Below, in pieces: positions 39,557 through 53,155 of a DNA stretch of 64,000 nt. Position numbers and translations under genes: made by a program. The stretch's first letter is position 1. Each line of letters starts with the position of its first letter. Below the pieces are notes generated by a model. It worked only from the letters and a program-made list of their open reading frames with translations. It was not told the DNA's origin and ran no database searches. The DNA is from Lingula anatina. Lineage: Eukaryota; Animalia; Brachiopoda. The stretch is from positions 1,434,954 to 1,498,953 of the forward strand of contig CM120644.1 in the NCBI GenBank assembly GCA_051362555.1. Direction: 5' to 3'.

Positions 39557-40265
39557 AGTGATTTCCATTTCGTCAGAAAATAAAAAAAACGGCCTTCGTT
39601 TTCGTTTGATAAATGGTGAAAATGAAATAAAAATTCAACCTCGATTTTCGATTTTTCCTTTCAAAATGGAAAAACTAGATTATTTTTCTTTTTTTTCACT
39701 TTCTTATGATATAATAAAAACAAAAACAAAAAGACAGATTTCCAAACGTGATAGAAAATAGAAACATCCACTTATTTCACATGTCTAGAGAGTGAAAAAA
39801 ATAGAAAATACGTCCATTTCTTCTTCTGTGAAGAAAAGGAGTATCGAAACATCCACCTCCGTTTTTCTATTTTCATTTACAAAATAAAAATCAGAAAAAC
39901 GAACGGACTTCCGTTGTACTATTTGAAGCGAAAATTGAATAATGAACAGTTTTTTATTCTGTCATTTTCTCAAAGACAGAGATAAAAGGGCATTTTATAA
40001 TATATTTTACCTTTTAAACATAAGAAAGCACGAAAACGGTCGATGTTCATATTTTCTTTCACATTGGGGATCTGTTGATGTTGTATTTTGCATTTTATGG
40101 TGAAACATAGAAAACGAGGGCAATAAGCGTTTTTCCATTTTTCATTTTAAATGAAAAAAAAAAAAAAAAAATTGAGTTTTGTTTCCCATTACATGTTGGC
40201 CATTACTATCAAATGGAAATGAAAAACGGCCGTTTTTTTAATTTCATGACGACATGGAAATCACT
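39557..40265. mobile_element. AT-rich MITE with TIRs, followed by a partial second copy (~40310-40585)
   Basis: agtgatttccatttcgtca...aaaacggcc and ggccgtttttt...gacgacatggaaatcact. Confidence 0.7.
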
Positions 40266-41529
40266 TTGCCGCCCCCCCCCCCCCCCCACTTCGTGTATAG
40301 CGGGACAAAGTAATTTCCATTTCGTCAATGAAAAATGAAAAAACGGAAATTACCCGCGTTTTTTAGATTTTACTTTAAAATGTAATACCGACAGATCCCC
40401 GATGTGATAGAACATATAAATATCGACCGTTTTCTTGTTTTCCAATGTTGAATAGAAAAAGAATGGAAAAGTGTTCATTATTCAATTTTCGATTCAAATG
40501 GAAAAACGGAAGTCAGTTCGTTTTTCTGATTTTCATTTTAGGAATGAAAATGGAAAAACGGAAGTCAGCTTCGGCTTTTCCTTCGATGAGACCTTTCCAG
40601 CAGTTCACTCGATATTCAGTAGCGTTACGGCACGTTTACAACATTTTATGACACGAAAGATTCTGTACAGGTTCAAGCAGGGACTAGCCATACATCTGCC
40701 TACTGTTACATGAATGCGGTAAGTCATTTTCTCTACTGATTTAGCAGTTGCTGTTGACATAATCTCGTTAATAAGGGTCCTTGCGTATAGAATCTCCAGT
40801 CACCTGATGACATGTATAGACGGACACAATTTCCGATACTTATTGGACCACTTGGGCACCTCTTATGCCGATTCAGTTACATTGTAGCTACTCTTAGTTT
40901 CAGACTTATGTATTATTCCCTGTCAGTCTTTTCACTGTTCAGGGTAAGTACCAGTTCTAGTGTAGATAATCTTGCTCACAGATTGACTTGCATATCATTA
41001 TAAACCTGCTCAGTCCAAAAAATTCAAACTCCGCCTTCCTCATCACCTATTCAATTTTTTAGTTATCACTGAAGTTACCATTTATACCTACTGTTTATTT
41101 AATTATCTTGGAGTTTCACATTTATCTATTTGTAAGTCTTCTGAAGAAAATGGTCTTATCAACCCCACCCTTCACACATCTCGAATATTGGAGTTCACTT
41201 ATACTTAGGGCACTACAACTGATAGCGCATCTTAAGAAGGACAGACAAGTAAATATATATATAGTTATTAGCTTTTCCCTTCTACTAAACATGATCATGT
41301 TACATGGATATTGCAAGAATAGTGCAGTCATGGATACAAAAATACTTATTTAAGTATATCGCCTTTAGATTTGTTATATTTTATAAGCCCTATTCATTTT
41401 CTTTTGTCTTTTCTCTTTTAGCTTTCAGTGGATATTGTAAAACTTTCCCACCCTAGTTAAGCGTATGAACAATTGTTGTATTTCTTCCCCAATTCCATAT
41501 CACAGCTAATAGCTATAATTATATTATGA

Positions 41530-43452
41530 ATACAAGGCGAGCCTCCTTGAAAAACTTCAAAATATGGAAGGGAAAGATCCAAAGTCTTTTTGGCAAACTG
41601 TACAAGATCTAAACACTAGTAAAAATAAATCAAATTCTACAGAGCATGTAGATCCGCTAACTTTTTTTGAACATTTTTAAAAACTTAGCAACAGTGCTGA
41701 CTTAGGCAAATACGACGACAACTTTAAACAAATGCTTGAGTCTCAGTTGCCAGTTTAAGAGGCTGAAAATGCAAATTTTGACAGTTTAGATCATGAAATA
41801 ACACAGGCTGAAATACTTAAGCAACTCAAGACTCTAGGGACAGGCAAATCTTCGGGTGAAGATAGAATCACCAATGAAATGCTGAAAGCGAGTACGGCAA
41901 CCATAGTACAAGTATTGCATAAACTATTCAATGCAGTATTTTTGAGTAATCAATCCCCAAAAATATGGAATAAAAGTTTCATTGTTCCCCTCCATAAATC
42001 TGGTGATCCCAGTAATGTAGACAATTACCGCGGTATCTCTATATCAAGTTGTGTAGGAAAACTGTATAATTCTATTCTGCTTTCAAGACTGAAAAAGATA
42101 TGCTCACAACAGAGTGTCCCTTAGCCCAACCAAACTGGTTTCATGGAAGGACATATCACCTCCAATAACTTATTCCTGAAATCTATAGTCGCAAAGTTAA
42201 CAAGATCTAGGAAACGTTTATATGCCTGCTTTGTAGATATGAGTAAAGCTTTTGATAATGTGTGGAGGAAAGGTCTCCTCTATAAATGATTAAAACTCAA
42301 CGTAGGGGGAGTGTTCTATGCAAACATTCGATCAATTCCAGTGGCTTAACTAATTGTTTTCCAACGATGAAAGGTGTCAAGCAGGGAGACACTCTCAGTC
42401 CCTTTTTATTTAATATATTTGTGGGTGACATGTTAAAGCTCATTGATGATGTCAAAAGCGATTCTCCCATAATAAACAACAAACCCGTCACAGGTCTCTT
42501 CTACGCGGACGATCTTGTGCTGCTGTCAACTAATGTCTCTGGTTTACAGTACAGTCTTAATCGTACTGAAGCTTACTGTTTTACATGGAGACTCTCTATA
42601 AATCTTTCAAAAACAAAAATTAGTATCTTCAATAGCAAGGGAAAGGTACTGAACAACCAGGTGCGGTGCAAAGAAAAATGTTTTCTCTATAACAGTCAGT
42701 TAACAATCGTTCCCAGCTACATGTATCTTGGTATTCTCTTTACAAGATCAGTTAATTTCGCAGCTGCTCAATTGAACTTATACGAAAGGGCACAGAAAGC
42801 TCTCTTTAGTCTGAAAAGCTATATGCCACTCTGTAGTAGTATATCGTCCTTGTTTAAAGAAAAACTATGTGACACTCTGATCATACCGGTGGCTACATAT
42901 GCTGTTCAAGAATCACCGACAAATCTCCGGTAGAAAAAATCCATTTACGCTTTTGTAAAGAACTCCTACCCTGTAGGTGTACATTCTAAAAGTCCAAACC
43001 AAGCTGTCAAAGGAGAACTCGGTAGGCTACCAGCATCCTTTAAAATCCAAACACAACTTATAAAATTTTGGCAAAAAAATATTAATTTCGGAAGATAATA
43101 GTTCGTTGAAACAGGCCTACCTGGATGAAATAGAAAATTACAAATTTTAAACACATCCAATCTTACAGAGATAAAGCAGGAAAACAAGTTATGGTGCAAA
43201 GGTGTGAGACAAATACTTTTTGAGAATGGCTTTGGTGATGTGTGGCTAGGCCAAAGATATGATAAAAACTTTATCCAGCGGTTTAGGGAAAGAATCAGGG
43301 ACAGAATAACACAAGAATGGAAGAGAGACATAATCAACACCAAGTCCAAATTACAAGTTTATTGTCAATACAAGAACAAATGTGTGAAGGAAAGATACTT
43401 AGATACAATTAAAGATAGAGATAAATGCACCACTTAAACCAGATTCCGCATA
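41530..43452 (+). mobile_element. Decayed CR1/L2-group LINE ORF2 (reverse transcriptase)
   Basis: KSSGEDRITNEMLK, NYRGISI, CFVDMSKAFDNVWR, KGVKQGDTLSPFLFNIFV, LFYADDLVL, YMYLGI; multiple stops and frameshifts. Confidence 0.9.
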
Positions 43453-43906
43453 TAAGCCTTATGCTTTTAGTTTCGTCGGTGTTACCTGTTGTGCTTAGTA
43501 AAATTTTGATGTTGACTGTGCTGTTAAACATAATGTATTATTGCATCAGAATAGGTAGTCTCCTATTTTGTGCATTATTGTTTTGTGTTTTTCTTAAGGT
43601 ATGACTTATGGGCCTGAAGACCTTTGAAAGGGTCAGTCTGTAAATTTCCCTTGGGTATCACTAGGCTAAGTTCAGAGTTATAAAGTCATTTGCCTAATTA
43701 ATAGGTCATTAAATGAGATTACATAAAGCACACTTGTTGATATTTCCATGTAATGTCGCAAAGGTAAAGCTCCCAGCTAGATTAATAATAAGGAAGCAGT
43801 GATAATTATGCAGGTAAATTTTGTTTAATATTGCAAATAAGTTATATATATATATATATCAAACTCAAAGATTAAAAGTTTGAATAGCAGCTTCATCGGA
43901 ATTATA

Positions 43907-44121
43907 TTTACCTCTGCCAAGGAGGTTATGTTTTCACCCGTTTGTCTGTCATCAACATAACTCAAAAAGTTATGGACTGATTTTGATGAAATTTTCAGGA
44001 ACTGTCAGAAGTGGGTCAAGGAGGATGATTAGTTTTTGGTGGTGGTCCGGATCAATAATCAATAATAATCAAAAATTGCTGCCTTGGCAAAGGTCTGCGC
44101 TCTCGGAGTGCTTTTATAGTT
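43907..44121 (+). mobile_element. Helentron-associated short element (HINE/DINE-1-like)
   Basis: Starts ttacctctgccaaggaggttatgtttt, then a tctg remnant and cataactcaaaaagttatg; ends ttggcaaaggt (subterminal inverted repeat) plus a gcgctctcggagtgc hairpin. Confidence 0.7.
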
Positions 44122-44357
44122 TTGTTGTTTTCCTTTTTAATTTTTTTCAAACACAGGCATTTGTGACTTTTAACTCCCATCTGCCTGAGGCTCTGCACAT
44201 TTTCTGTATTTCCACATAAGCAGTTGAATTGGTTTTTATGTATTTAAACATTATGTAATATTATTTTATGCACTGTCATCATTTTTCAAATATTGGGACT
44301 TTCATCATGTGAATTTGAACTCTCATGGTCCTGAAACTGTACTAAGTAATCTTATTG

Positions 44358-44519
44358 AAGGAGTGGATTGAGACCATCTTCTGGGTCTTCCGGAAGACAG
44401 GTTTTAAAGTTTATATTGACCGGTATCTATTTTTTCTGTTGGAAGACCATCAAAATGGAGGATGGATCAACATAGATACTTTGGAATACTGTCAGAAAAT
44501 ATCTCTGGGTCCGCTCCTG
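44358..44519 (-). mobile_element. ~165-bp MITE, diverged inverted copy of 48758-48922
   Basis: Shares ttctgggtcttccggaagac and gatactttgga...tgtcagaaaa in reverse complement. Confidence 0.65.
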
Positions 44520-44701
44520 TTATTGACCATGTTACCTGCTGTGCATGATTAAAATTCAGTGTTGACTGACAGTGCTATTATAAGCATTATTTATTATTGC
44601 ATCAAAATTGACAAAATGACCTATTTTGCATCTTTATTTTCTGTTTTTTGTCTGTACATTTGACAGCTTTGCTGCCTTGTTTAACGTGAGACGTGAAGAA
44701 A

Positions 44702-44754
<53 letters not shown>

Positions 44755-45605
44755 GTATCCAGTCCCGTATTACTGATGTATACAAACGGGGCTCATATTA
44801 TCAAGATCAACAGAGACATACGAAGAAGAAAGTACATCGGCTCTTGTTGAACGCGTTATCGGCAAAATAAAAAATTATTCATTTCTGAACTCAATGACAA
44901 GTGAATGGGAAAATTTAATGGACATATAGCGTTATTTAAAAAATGCAGAAAAGCCTTTCTGTAAGCTATTGGTGCATAATACATGTATGGTAAAGACATA
45001 AAATAGATAATAAAAATAATCTCACAACGTATTTGTAAACTATGCTTAGTATTTAATTACGGATTTTTAACTGTCTTAAATACTTTGAAAAGTATAAAAT
45101 GTATGGAAAACACTTTATTTGAATGATTCTATTGCCTATGATTGAAAACGATAAAAATACGCATGAAAACATTTAAAAATCAAATAATTTGGCCTCTTGC
45201 TATAATTTAATTTTGGTCTGACGGTTTTGTTTCAGTTTGACAAAATTTTCACACTTGTCAGACCGAAAGTATGACATTTTTTTACCTGTCGGAAAATTTG
45301 TAGATATTCTAGTGTAAGACACGGTAAACAGTGCAATTATCGTCTGGGAAGAAGTCGAAAATACCTGTCTCACCTATTTAACACACAAAATCAGAAGGTT
45401 TTAATTACAGAGGAAAGATCGTAGTTGTGGCCGTCTCTCTTAACGAACAATTGAACAAGTATCTCCTGATGCCTTATCAGGTGCCGAATGATTTAATCAG
45501 TTAACCGACGAACAATCTGCGGATCAGTTTTACCTGTATACACAGTAGGTACGAGCCAAGCAATGCAGGGAATCTTTTCATTTTATTATTTCCAAAATTC
45601 TCTTA

Positions 45606-46367
45606 ATGCCCCCGTCACACTAGAAGCGGAATGAGCAAGAATGCCGTCGGAAAGACAATTCTTTGTGCGCTCCTGGCTATTCGAAGAGCATTCTAAAAAT
45701 CCCGGGTGCATTCTAAATATTTTTACCCATTCTAGTGGCATCCCGAATGTTTTTGTCATGTCAAAAACTTTCGAAGTGCATTCCAAGTGGAAATTTATCG
45801 AATGGCATTTGAACAGAATTCTAACTGCACTATGACTGCATTCTAAATATTCTCACGGCATTCCGACAGCATTCGAAACATTCTGATCACATTAGAGGAA
45901 TATTCGAACTGACAAGTGGCTTAAAGCCCCCGTCAAACTTATTTGAAATTAGTAGGAATTAAGCCGGAATTACTAAATTTAAAAATTCGTACCATATTCG
46001 GGAGGGAATTTCAAATTATCATAAAATATTACGGCTTTGTAAGAATGCCTCTGGAATACTAAGAATGCACATCGAACCCGCCTGGAATGATTCTTGCACA
46101 TTCCAGGTATATTACCTCTCAAATGCAGCTCGAATGTAGTTGGAATACTGTAGAAATATTGCGATAAATTTCCTTTTGGAATGCACTTCGAAAGTTTTTG
46201 ACATGACAAAAACATTCGAGCCGGCCACAAGAATGGGTAAAAATATTTGGAATGCACTCAGAATTTTTATAATGTTTTTAGAATGCTCTTCGAATATCCT
46301 GGAATGCAAAAAGAATTGTATTTCAGAAGCCATTCTTAATAATTCCGCCTATAGTGTGACGGGGATT
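45606..46367. mobile_element. MITE with ccccgtcacacta TIRs (PIF/Harbinger-like)
   Basis: gcccccgtcacacta ... tagtgtgacgggg with long inverted arms rich in gaatgc/gcattc; a second left-end-like sequence at ~45925. Confidence 0.7.
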
Positions 46368-46944
46368 TATATCCATTCAGAATGTTTCGAATGTGCATGT
46401 AGGTCACAAAAGAGAATAAGCATAAGAGCCCGAATCCTATATCCTAGTAATTATGGTTATATGTTTAGTATATTATTTACTGGTATCTACTGTATGTATG
46501 CTCAGTTCGTGAACATGATTAAAGATATCTGTGGACCTTGACCAGGTGAAGTGACATTTTCACGAAGTTTTGACAGTCCCTGACATTTTTACATACTGTA
46601 TACCGTGTACCTGTATGTGACATACTGGAGAGTCTATGCCAAGTCACGTACTTAATAGCATATTTAAAAACTGTCTACTATCATTTTAACCCATTTTAAT
46701 CCTACTTTGTAACTTTTTGAAATTGACTCCTTCATATAACACACTAACAAATGGCAGCCCACGCCTTTTCTTTAAACATCATAAACATCTTTAAAAGTAT
46801 CATTCTCAGATGTATTTTACGAATCACGGGTAATGAAAAACAACTATGTCTCATTGGCCACACATCTTAATATGTGCCTTGATCTAAGTCATCCCCTACT
46901 CATACTATACAAACGAACTGGCAGCTTGGCCTATTAACTTGGTC

Positions 46945-47042
46945 CCCAGCAGACAAACGACATTGATTCACCGTTGAATCAACGTTAATTTTGGTGGATC
47001 AACGTTGAATCAACGTAGAATCAATGTCGTTTGCCTGCTGGG
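46945..47042. mobile_element. 98-bp palindromic MITE, copy 3
   Basis: cccagcagacaaacga...tcgtttgcctgctggg with gtc duplication. CCC ends with a 3-bp TSD suggest the CMC/EnSpm superfamily (inference). Confidence 0.85.
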
Positions 47043-47171
47043 GTCAATTAACTTGCCTATTATGCTGTTAACAATGCAAAGACACCATGAAGACTGGGCC
47101 CAGCAAGGCCCTAATTAAGATGGGGTCTGGGCTTCTTAGGCATAGAACTAGATTTGGTCTGGGCCTGTGAC

Positions 47172-47211
<40 letters not shown>

Positions 47212-48757
47212 GTGCGGCAGCCTAAAGAAACAGAAAACAGGATAGTTTGATATGTAATTAAAGAAGATTACTTCCAAGTGTAATTTAATTGCTCATTCCT
47301 AGGGCATGTTCAGACATTGTTATACAAGTTACTAACATTTTGGGTTGATAAAAAGCTAACCCCATCCCCCTTTATAAGCAACCAGTCTCCCTGTATATTA
47401 CATATTGTCATACAGTCTTGGTCATGTGTCACCTCCTCTCCCTCCCATTTCCCCTTTGGAAACATAAACCACTTCCTGTCAGGCTTGAAGGATTGATTTC
47501 ACAGTTGCCTACACTGTACATGTACTTGTGGAATAACTGTACGTTTAAGTGTAAGTTTTACAGAAAGCCGCTAGTCCATGTACTGTAGCTAAAATTCTTT
47601 GTGGATGGCCTATTATTTTTCTTGTTTTGCACAGCTGACTTTTAACAACAGCGAGTATGAAACTGTGAATTCTGGCTGAAACTCCAAGATTGCTGGACGG
47701 AAACTACATTGTAACTTAAGTGAAATGAACAATTTAACTCATTGTGGTCTGGTCTGAAACAAAAATGTAAATATCTTAGCCTGCAATGTATAGTGGTTCA
47801 GACAATGGCGGAAGGCCATACATACCTACATTTTTAACATTTTAAATTTGCTTCTTCCTAGGTAGAAAAATTGTATAGCAGCCCAAGGATACTCAAAGAA
47901 ACACAAGGCGGAAATTCCCCTAGAAGTCAAGCGATAAACCAACAAGGTGACGGTAGTAAAAAATACTTATTTGCATAAATGTCCTCAGGGAAATATGTCG
48001 TTTGCAAAAATGACTGTACCGATTTGGGGATACCCTTGCAAGTATTTTACCTTAGAAATCAGATCACCAATATTTAAAACTTACATTGGAATAAGCAGAT
48101 CCCAGTGAAATATAACCTTATTGACCCATCCTATGTTTATTGTTCATATGTGAAATAGTTCAATTTGGCAGTTTCAGTTTAATCAGAGAACCTTTGTACT
48201 GTAAGGTGACAGTAACGAGGGGGTCACCTTACCGCCATTTTGAAGCCCGGGGAGTCTGTGTCAAGGCATGTAACAAATGTCAATGCCATTTTAATGTAGT
48301 AAATGTTAGTTAGGCGAAAGGTTATTGTAAAATTTACTTAAGGTCATCTATAAGTATTGGTCACTAGAGCTCCCGTTGACTAACAGTGATTCTCAGTATA
48401 CAAGCCACTCCTTATTTTTATATGTAATTTATGAAAAGTAAGCGAGTGGAAGAAAGGTATGTGCAAGTGGGACTTTTCTAACATCAGTAACATCATTCTA
48501 TCGACTCAAATCACCGAAAAAATAATTACTAGCCTTATCTGTTTTGACACAAAAAAATATAAACGAATTTCAATTCATTAATTAAAAATTAATGTACCAT
48601 CTCACATTTCCCAAGCTATCAAGTGTAGTTTTGCTAAAGAAGAAAATGTGCAACTTGTCAGTAGCGAGTATCATGTCCATCGATTCACAAATTGTCTAGA
48701 ATTCAGACTGCCACTCTCCATCGAGAACGTTTATGACCATATATGTTTTACTGTCTA

Positions 48758-48922
48758 CAGGGGCGGATCCAGATAAATTTTCTGACAGTCTTCCAAAGTA
48801 TCTTTGTAAATCCATCCTCTATTTTTGGCCGTCTTCCGACAAAAATTAAATACCCATCAATGTAAACTTGAACATCGGACCGTCTTCCGGAAGACCCAGA
48901 AGACATCCTCAATCCGCCCCTG
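48758..48922. mobile_element. 165-bp MITE
   Basis: TIR caggggcggat / atccgcccctg; gtcta repeated on both flanks. Confidence 0.75.
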
Positions 48923-51900
48923 GTCTATTGTTTTACTACGCAATCGAGGATTCAGTGTCAGCGTCATTGTAAAGGATAACTTACAATGTATTTCTCTTGG
49001 TCAGAAGGGTGCTATTGACCAGGGGCCGTATTCTCGAAAGGTTGTTACTTACAAATTCTTGTAACTTTTCACGTAAGTCCGATCATTCTTGTAAGTAGGC
49101 ATTCTTGAATTTTTGTAAGTTACAAACTCTTGTAAATATGCATGTAAATTTACAACTGCCTCCGACTTGTTGTAAGTCACTCCGAAAAGTTGTACACATG
49201 CGCATTTGATGAAAAGTCGGGGAGAAAGTGTTGTCTGCGGGAATTTTATGCTCGTGATTATTGTTGGATATTTTTGACAGCAAGTAAAGTTATTAAACCA
49301 TGGAAGTATTATTATTAGCCTTTCGGATATTTCAGATTAGTTGACTAAAGTTAACGATTTAGATGAGAATAATACGTTTCTGTCAATCGCGCAATGGCAA
49401 CATGGCAGTTTGGTAGGGTGTCCAAATTTTTTTTAATTAAAACGAAAACTTGTACTTTCTAAAGAACGTGGAAGAACTATTAGTGCTGTGAAATTGACTC
49501 AGGTTCTTATGCCTCTATGCCATGCATGTGGTGGAGAACATATATGTCTTCTACATCACAAAAAAATTACATTTCAAATGATATGCTGCACACTATGTAT
49601 CAAAAAGGATCGAGAGGCTGACAAAGGAATAGAAACGTGTAGAAAAAAAGTTGCAAATGTTGACCCCCTTTCCGGCGACGTGGTGACCTTGATCAGCTGA
49701 TAAATGCATTTAAAAAGTTGTATAAGTTTCATTAACTTTAGTTTGTAGGTTTTGTAAATACTAATGAATTGGCAGCATTCAGTGATGATTATAATGACTT
49801 ATCATCTACTTTCGAATGATTTTAGATATTTTAAACAGTATTTAAAACTCATTTAAAAGGCTCGATTTATCCATTTAAACGAAGGAGATCCAGTTCGAAT
49901 GATGAGGTATTCATTACTGAAAAAAAAACAAAAACAAATGACTTAAAACTGTTTTAAATACCCAAAAAGACTTAGTAGTAATGTGTGAGTTAGTAAAAGA
50001 TTGTACATACTGGCATTTGTGAAAGTATCCCATTTACGGCTTTCCTTGCAAAACATTGCACTTATTAAAAAGTTACAGAATAAATTTTTAATTTAGAGTA
50101 GAAAGATCTTCACTTAGGTTACACTTGATAATGACAATTGTAGCTGTTTTCTTGCAACTATTTCATTTGAAATTGATTCCATATTGCAAAAGAAATTCCC
50201 AGCATTTATTTAGTACCATGTGCTTGCTGCAGCCCTAGGCAAAAAAAAAACAAACACCTTAATTAAATATTTTGCCAAAGGAAGCAATGTACATATTCAT
50301 TATTAAATTTCGAGTTTTCTTATAAAATAAAAATGTTCAGTCTTGTTGCAATAATAATGAATGTAAAATGATTTCATCACAATAATAAAAATAATAACTT
50401 TAGTTTTCAGTGAGTGTAAATTAGTATGAATATTATACGAAACATAAAATAACAACAACAACAACAACAGAATTATATATAATGGCACTAACTATTCTAC
50501 ATCAATCAGTGTTACAGATATTGTTTTTTGTTGGAAAGTTTTATGACGGAAAAAAATTGAGACCATACTAACGTGCTGGTTATTTTGTTGCTCTTTAAAA
50601 TCAGTTGTATCATATGGCTCTTTAAGGAAACACTGAGTAAAGGCACATTAAACAAAAGGTAATCTCGGTAATCATTTGCATTAGTGACGTCATCTGGTTT
50701 ACATTATTGGCACGTCTTGAGGCCACGGCTCTAGAAATATATACGAAAATAACTGTAGATAAGAATATTTCTGATTATACATACAGTGGGGTTTTTTTTA
50801 ATTTAGATATGGTACCATTTAATTTATTAAGCATTAATCCTAGTATTGTGAGCACAAGTACATGTACTATCCCTGTAGTATGTCACAAAGGAGACAAAGT
50901 GGTCAAACATTGTGCCTATGTACATGAAGTTATAGTTGCATGTTCATTGTGTGTACTCAGTCCAGTGGAGCTTACCAGTCAAATGAGATTTCTGTTCTTT
51001 TAGAATCATGTCATTTCAGGTATACCGTGTATGTTAAATTCTTATAAACCCAAATATTTAAAACAAACAACATCGGTATTCGTATTACCCACATCGATAG
51101 TAGAACAAATTAATAGAAAGCGCATTGTCCGCCCCCCCCCCCCCCCCCCCCCTTGTCTAATAATTGTTTATCTGTGATCGAAAGAAGGGTATTGGAAGGA
51201 AGATTTGAAAATGGTAGTCACGAGGTGATTATCTCCTCACGTACCGGGTATCTATCATTTTAAGGGATGTTTCATCACAAGTAGACCTGTATGTGAGGGC
51301 CAGGCCAATCTGGTTTAAATTATGTGACAAATAAGTAACCACACATTGTTAGAGTCTTTTCTCCACCGTGATCGAAATGTCTCATGGAAGTTATAGGAAT
51401 TTGCTCATCCAGGTGGAAGTTTAGTGCGGGACTGGTCATCTATGTAACCAAGGATTCACTGTGAAGGGTCAGATTTTTCTTTTGATTGTACAACAGACGT
51501 AGATTTTTGAAACGGAGAATTCTGTTTAAAGGTGGCTGGATGGGAACTAGCTTAGTTAGGTGAAATGAAATGATCACTAGTTTTTGAAACTTCTATGAAT
51601 TTTAAGAAGGCGAGTGAAAGTAGTAAAAAAACTTCTAATTAGCATTAATGCCCTCAGGGGAGCCTGTTGTTTGCAAAAATGACTACTCAGGTGTAGGGAT
51701 ACCCTTACAAGTATTGTATTTTACAAATTGGAGTGTCAATATTTGAAAATGGTGCAGACTTCTTTTTTATTTAGAGGTGCTCTCCTATTAGGTTTTAATT
51801 GAACAGTGTTAGACTAAAAACTAATGCATTTTCCCTTGACTACCCCCACAGTCTGTACAGCCAAATGCTGGCGGAATAAGGTGAACCTTAAGTAGCTTTT

Positions 51901-52477
51901 AAGTAGCATTATATATTAAAAAAATCCGGTGAGAGTATCTCAATATTGATAGTTAAGTACGACAGCAAACACCAAATGTGAAAATTTTATAAATTAACTA
52001 ATCTGAGAAAAATAAAAACAATTAGTTTCTAGGAACACCCTCTGGCCTTTCTCATAATTGACTGCACTCAGAGATTTGATTTACATGTAGCGTAGGAATA
52101 TATTAATTTTTTAAATAAATAATTTATAATAATATATTAATTTATCTTCCTCTACCTGCCACTCCTAATGGAGTGGGAGTTAAGGGGGGGTCTAACCAAA
52201 TAGCACACCAGAGGAGGTGTTAGGTTGTCATACCTATCACAACATCATTCCCTGTTGCAGTCTGATTGCAGGCAGACGAAATTTTGGCTGGTAAGACCAG
52301 ACAAATATAAGTAACTATAAACAAAAAACCTACACAAACCTATGGCTTTCACGGATAATGAAATACCCAACGGAACCCTGTTATAATAACTTTAAAAAGT
52401 TTCCTAATAGCGTATAAGGACTAATGATAACCTAATAGCGTATAAGGACTCATTGATTGGTACCTTTTTTGTCCTGG

Positions 52478-52910
52478 AACAGAACAGTAAAGGAACCAAG
52501 AATCAGCCCAGGGAGTCAGTAGACACATCAGCAACTTTGTGTTCTAGTAAAAAACGGTAAAGGAACCAAGATTCATCCAAGTGCAGGGAGACAGTCAACA
52601 TACCAATACTTTTGTGTGAAAGTGAGAACAATAAAGGAACGAGCACTCGGCCAGAAGTCAGTCCACATACTGGAACACTTCTGTGCTACTAGAGAACAGT
52701 AAAATAACCAACACTCATCCAGGTGCGGAAAGGTAGTCGACATACCTTTGTGTGAAGTGCAGCGGGACATTTGATATATTACCTATTTCCTTTACTTGCT
52801 AACAGAGAACAGTAAAGAAATCCAATCTCAGCCAACGGCAAGGAGACAGTCGACATAGTGGTATATTTGTGTGCTAGTAGAAAACAGTCGACATGCTGGT
52901 ACCTTGTGCT
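52478..52910. repeat. Degenerate ~70-bp tandem repeat upstream of the ROCO exon
   Basis: Recurring agaacagtaaaggaacc...agacagtcgacata...ttgtgtgctagt. Confidence 0.7.
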
Positions 52911-53155
52911 AGGGTTCGCCAGGGTGAGCAACACTTAAAAACACCATAAACACAATGATCTTGAAACACAGCGTAGAATTTGTACGCAATGCAATTTATA
53001 GACATTCATTAGATAATGTGGCATTTTGAGTGGATGGTGGTCGGTGCTTCAAAAATATATTTACCTATCTCCCATAAGTATAAAATATTCGCCAAAAAGC
53101 ATTGCTTCCCATAATTGTCAGTGAAATATTTGAATACTATCAAATGCAATAGAAA

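Noticed and set aside
38520-43452. Reverse transcriptases as a retron or diversity-generating retroelement acting on the LRR gene
   Set aside because: Both are ordinary frameshifted LINE fragments; no template/variable repeat pair with adenine-specific differences was seen.
44702-44753. Poly-Tyr ORF related to the Tyr-rich peptides
   Set aside because: It is a (TAT)n microsatellite.
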